This document shows positions 58,731-64,000 of a stretch of 64,000 bases of DNA, piece by piece. This DNA is from Vicugna vicugna (taxonomy: Eukaryota). A model generated the notes under the pieces. It did no database searches, was not told where the DNA came from, and saw only the letters and a list, made by a program, of their open reading frames with translations. Numbering within the stretch: position 1 is the stretch's first letter; each line of letters starts with the position of its first letter. The stretch is taken from positions 2,196,917 through 2,260,916 of the forward strand of contig MU058418.1 of NCBI GenBank assembly GCA_013265495.1, written 5' to 3'. Made by a program: the position numbers and the translations under genes.

Positions 58731-59247
58731 ACACTTGGGGATTTTTATGCTCCTGAGGACACTAAGTCCGTGCCCGGGTTCTCAGGGGCATCCCTGCTTT
58801 GGGAGGTGGATCCCAAGCCGGACCCTGGCCTTTCCCTGTCATTTCTCACTGCAGACTCCGCCCCTCCTGTTTCCTCAGATTTCCTGCTTCAGTCGCCCTT
58901 AGACTCATGAAGCCTTACAGGATTGTCTTCCTGGCTTCGGGGACATTTTGGTCCAAGCTCTGTATGATGTTTGAGTAAACAGAAGTGCAGTGAAGTACAT
59001 ATTTTGTTTCATTTTTACATCCATAGTTATGAGTTACATTTTAAGCAGAGTTCTTCCTCCTTTACTTCTAATAAACCCATTCTAAAATCAGGCAACCATT
59101 TATAAATAAAGTGTCACACGGTACTTGTGTGTGCTTTTCTGACATAAGCATATTACTGTCGTTCAAATGCTCATGCCATTTTGTGTGATCTGCTGAATTT
59201 ATGGCAGGTAGTTCCTTTAGCTTACTTTTACGCCTTGTAATTTGTAG

Positions 59248-59334
59248 ATTTGTGCAGCTGGGGCAGAGTCAACACAGACAAGACAAGAGCAGCCAGCAGC
59301 TCTGTTCCAGGTGCCCAGATGGAGTTACAAACCT
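59248..59334 (+). CDS. FIG4: FIG4 exon 22, 87 nt (final exon lies beyond the window)
   Basis: tttgtag|A...CT|gtaagt; [29 protein letters not shown]. Confidence 0.94.
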
Positions 59335-62300
59335 GTAAGTACTAGATTAGACCTTGTAAAAAATCTTTGTATTCATGCCATTTGGGGTGCTTTCTTTAAG
59401 ACTTTGTAAGAAAAACACTCAGTCTTATTATCAGATCAGCATAAGCACTAAAGCATCTCCTTCTGGCACCGCATCCGAGGACAGCTGTGGGGATGGGGCA
59501 GAGAGCAGCAGCCTGGCTTTACTTGCAGTGTGCCCTTTGGAGGTGGGATTAGAGGTGGTGGAGGCTTTCCTCCGGAACCTCGGCTCTCCGCTGGGTAGAG
59601 TGGGATGAAAAAACGGTTCTGACCCTGGAGACAGGCTCCTCAAGTTCAGTACAAGACCCCTGAGGGCAGGAGTGGTTTACCTTGTCTAGCTATGTGTCCT
59701 CACCAGTTATAATAACTTGCTGTTTCGTCGATACCTTGGTGTTTAGTAAATTCTTAACAAAACAGAACTAGGTTCATATCCTGACTCACTACTGTGCTGC
59801 TTCTTGGCTTTTTACCTTGAGCAAGTAACTTACGTCCTGTGTAGCTCAGTTTTCTTGCCTGCAAAATGAGATAACACTAGCACCTGTTTCATAGAAGGGT
59901 GGTGACGCTTAAATGAAATAATGCCATCAGAGTGCTTCGAACAGCATCTGGAATACATTCTCAATACATGTGGTCAGCACCTTCTTCATATTTATCATTG
60001 TCCTCTGCTTGTTGGGACCAAAGTAAAGGTTGTGACCAGGAGAGGCTCCCTGATGCCATATGCTCAGTTGGGTTTCTTCTATAAAATGGGTCACTGTGGT
60101 GATTAAATGAGATGCAAGGCATCGAGATCAGTGTCTGGCGTAGAGTTCTCTTCCCTTTTCTTAGTCCAACTTTATCAGTTGATTTAGTAGATTATTTGAT
60201 AGATACTGATTGCCTGACTTCTCTTTGTACTACTTCTGCATGTTCCTGATGGATTGTTAAGAGGCTATTACAGTGACCTAGGCAAAGACTGGTGCCTTAG
60301 AGAGTAGTGGCTGGGAGGACTTGGGAAATGGGATGGATGTGGAAAATATTTAGAAAATGAAATAGGAGTTGGATATGGGATAAAGGCCTTATCAAGGGTG
60401 GCCCTTAGGTTTTTTGGTTTGTGTAATAGGTTTGATTGAGTCATTCATTTATTCACTTATCAAATAGGTATTGAATACATCTGTTTTAGGACCATTCACA
60501 CTGACACTTATGGTAAGGAGAGCTATCGGAGGACCCTGATTGCCTTTAAAGGGGCATCAAAGTGGCCATGTGTAGTAGGAGCCAGTTGGATCAACTGATC
60601 TGGAATTCAGAAAAGAGCTTCTGGGAATGTGAATGTTTACTGGTGCTAATTAAAGCCACTGGTTAAAGATGACACCCAGGAAAAGAGAGTAAAGTGAGAC
60701 AAAGTACAGCTTAGTCTTGAGGGTTTCTGGGTTCAATAGTGGAGAGAGACAGAGGTAACTAATCAGAGAAGGGGAAGGAAAACAAAGACAGCGTTTAATC
60801 ACAGCCTCCAGAAGGCCCGTTTCTCCCTTCTTTCTCTCCCTGTCAGTATTTTTTCCTCTTTTTTAAAAAACATATGAGCTCCTAGTAACTTACAGTTTTT
60901 CTTTTCTTCGGTCTAATTAGCATATGGAATTGTGGGCTTCCGAATGAATCGATATAGATGTGGCCAAAGAAGGAAAGTATTGAAATGTGATAGTAAAATA
61001 AGAGACTGTTAACTGTGTTAACCAAATTGATTATTCCACTGAAATAGTAGGCACAACTTAGGCGGAGCAGATGATGAAGTGAGAGCATACAAAATAAAAG
61101 AAAAACATTTTCCCCTGTTTTCTTTCAACACTGTGTCTAATTTGATCCATAATTGGTCTTGCTGCTAAATTATTTTATTTTTCTTAAAATATTTAGTATT
61201 TGCTCTTCTGAGTCCTAGCACAGATGAAAACCATGTGAATCTAGACTTTTTTCATCCTTTTCTACTCAATTAGTAAAGAGTCTAACATGAGTGTGTGTCT
61301 TTGCACAGCATCTTCAGCAGGATAACAAAGACCTTGTTAGGCTTGCATTATGTTGTCATGGCAACTGCCTAAGAGTGTTGTTTTGGGGGGGGGGTGTACA
61401 TGCCTTAAATTGAAACTCTGTAACTAGGTTCTTAAAATGTCAACTATTCAATTTTAGATTTCTCTAGCTATGCCAAACCCGAGAAATTAGATTCGTATGA
61501 GATACTTGAAATTCTCATCTTATATTTCTGGCACTAGTATATTTTTAAATGATAGTAAGTTTCCTTTAAGTTTATATACATAGGTGTCTGCTCATCTCTG
61601 GACAATTCATAATCTTACTGGTTTTTCTGGAAATCAGGAGGCAAACCAGTACTCCTTTTCTAAGTGTATACAACAGCCAATGTAAAAAATATTGACAGTA
61701 AATAACTGGCAAGGAGCCAGGGGTCAGGGGCTCCTGAAGCGGAGGTTCAAAAATGTGGATGGGGAGCTGGACACTTTCACCCGAGCTCCTGCAGGACATT
61801 TCTTAGAAGTGGACGTTAAACCCCAAACTGGTCAGTGTCTTCACTGGCAGCCCGAGCACTCAAAGCTGTATTCCATTTGACTGTGGCCCCTGCTTTGACT
61901 CATGCCACTCCTTAAGTGTGCGGATGGTGATCAGGGAGAGACGACATGAGCCAACATTTCCGGGGTGGTGTGTGATGGGCAATGTTCTACATACCTTAAC
62001 CTGCATCATCTCAGTTCTCACAAGACCCCTAGGAAGTAGGTCTTAACTATTGTCTTCATTTGACAGATGGGGAAACTGAAGCACAGAGATTTATGTAACT
62101 TGCCCAAGATCAAGCCCCTAGCAAGTGGAGGAATCAGGATTCAAACCCAGACAGGCTGGCTGTCCATCACTAAGCTATAAATGCTTAGTGTCACCAGCTG
62201 CTTTTATAACCACAGTGGTAAAAATGCTGGGTTATTAGTGTGAACAGCCCTCATTTGATCCTCTCGCATGATCTGGATTTGTCAGCAACTCTGTATGCAG

Positions 62301-62778
62301 ACATGCTGTTTCTGCTCTGTTGAACTTGAAAAAAAATTTTAATATTTAAAGAGGCTATACCTTTACTCTTCCCAGTACCCAGCACATTGTCCCAAGTGTA
62401 GACATGCTTCCTGGGCAAGTACACTTTGCTCGACTCGTAGCTTAGTATGGAGGTTGTTATCAAGCCATCAGAACAGTGCTTCTGCTACTTAGGGTTGTTG
62501 ACATCCTACTAAGTTGTAAGTTCCCGGTGGGCAGCCCATCTTTGTGTTCCCTGCTGTCCCCAGAACAGTAGCTACATCTAGTACTTAGTAAATATTTGTT
62601 GAAATGTACTGACTCTCACCCCCCCATCCCTTTCATTACCATCCAAGTCTGCGTGAGGCCCCCTGAGCTTCCCTGTAAGCCCACCTCACCTGTTCTTAAA
62701 CACTTTTCAGTTCTTCTCCCGTCTGTTCCCTGCTCATAAGCCGTCTACCCTCTCCTGCTTCTGTTTCCCTGCTGCCTT

Positions 62779-62920
62779 TTTTCTTGGGGGGAGGTTGCTA
62801 ACTTTTTTTTGGAGGGGGAGGTAATTAGGTCTATCTATGTTTTTTAATGGAGGCACTGGGGATTAAACCCAGGACCTTGTGCATGCTAAGCATGTGCTTG
62901 ACCACTGAGCTACACCCTCC
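62779..62920 (-). mobile_element. tRNA-derived SINE (camelid Vic-1-like) with TSD
   Basis: TSD CCCTGCTGCCTT at 62767-62778 and 62921-62932; A/B boxes on the minus strand. Confidence 0.9.
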
Positions 62921-64000
62921 CCCTGCTGCCTTCTGATAGAAGAGTGCGCCGAGTTTTCAGCACTTTTCCTCTCTATCCTGATTCCACTTGCACCTGTGAC
63001 CAAATGCAGCGTGAGAAGGACCTGTGGGGAAGGACGTGCTGTGCAGCCCAGCGGTGACTGACTGTACTCATGCAGACCAGCCCGCCCTCGTTGTCCCACC
63101 TACCAGTTCTCTGGGAGCTTTTAACTAAGCAACAAATGCCAATCAGTGTAGGTTAAAAAGAACATGAGCACACATATTATTAGTGCCTGCTATTCCCTGG
63201 TTCACCTATTCCAGGAGTATGTCTCACTCGTTTAAAAATTACCTCTAAGAAATAGTTCAAAATATAATACATAGAGTTTGGGTAAGAACTAGACTAATTT
63301 GGGATTCTTCCTGTGCATAATGAGCTAAAATTTGTTTACTGTTTAAGGACCATAACATTGAGTTTATTCCTGCCCTAAGCACATCTCACAATAAATATCA
63401 CTTACTCATCTTAGAGTGGATGTCCCTGGGTACGGGCTTCTGCTTGGGGAAGCATTTCAGAAATCAGAGGGTGCTCTTACACAGTCAGAATTAGGGCACC
63501 TTTCACACCAATGAGGGGAGCATGACACTAGGTCATGATTAACTCAACTTTGTTGACTTTTCATGATATGTCACTTTCAGCAGTGAGTCCCTGAATACTC
63601 TCTGGGGTCCCCCCCCCCATTGATTTCATCTAGTCCTCTGCAGATGGTGGGCTCAGCTCTGCTGCGGGCTCAGAAAGTATTTCTGCCTTAATGGGTAACT
63701 CTTGTTATCTTTCCCAGACACCTGGGAGTACAGTCTTTAAAGGTTTAAGGATTAGAACAGTTGAGAGGCAGGGATGAATGAATAATCAGCTCATTCCTTC
63801 CACGGACAGGAGATGATCGGTGATGGCAGATCCTCAGCCGAGGGAAACTAGGCTGTGACCCCTTCTCTCACCCCAGAAATGATCACAGAAGTCTTTCTTT
63901 CTCTTTGATTCTGGCCTTCATTTTTCTTTCTTTTTCTTTCACCCTCTTTTGCTTTCCTCATATATATTTTTCAATTTCTGATTATCTCTTTCTGCTCCCT

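Overview
Mammalian, AT-rich genomic DNA lying entirely inside one + strand gene, FIG4 (SAC3; Sac1-domain PI(3,5)P2 5-phosphatase). I traced 19 consecutive internal coding exons (2257 nt; exons 4-22 by recalled human numbering). All have AG/GT boundaries and splice into one uninterrupted frame that includes the CVDCLDRT catalytic loop. The first three exons and the last exon lie outside the window. The introns are filled with mammalian repeats (L1, L2, L3/CR1, MIR, MaLR/ERVL LTRs, MER DNA transposons) plus young L1 3' ends and tRNA-derived SINEs of the type found in camelids, so the species is probably a camel, alpaca or llama (inference). There is a 485-N gap at 23872-24356. I found no CRISPR array, rRNA, true tRNA or new multi-gene system. 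The most notable items are: a ~580-bp direct duplication flanking exons 8-10 with a 290-bp perfectly identical tract; a U12-type minor intron; a candidate 32-nt poison exon in intron 18; an L1 with an internal inversion; an L1 remnant forming the exon-5 acceptor region; and a 34-bp-arm perfect palindrome. Repeat subfamily names are from recalled consensus sequences, not from a search.
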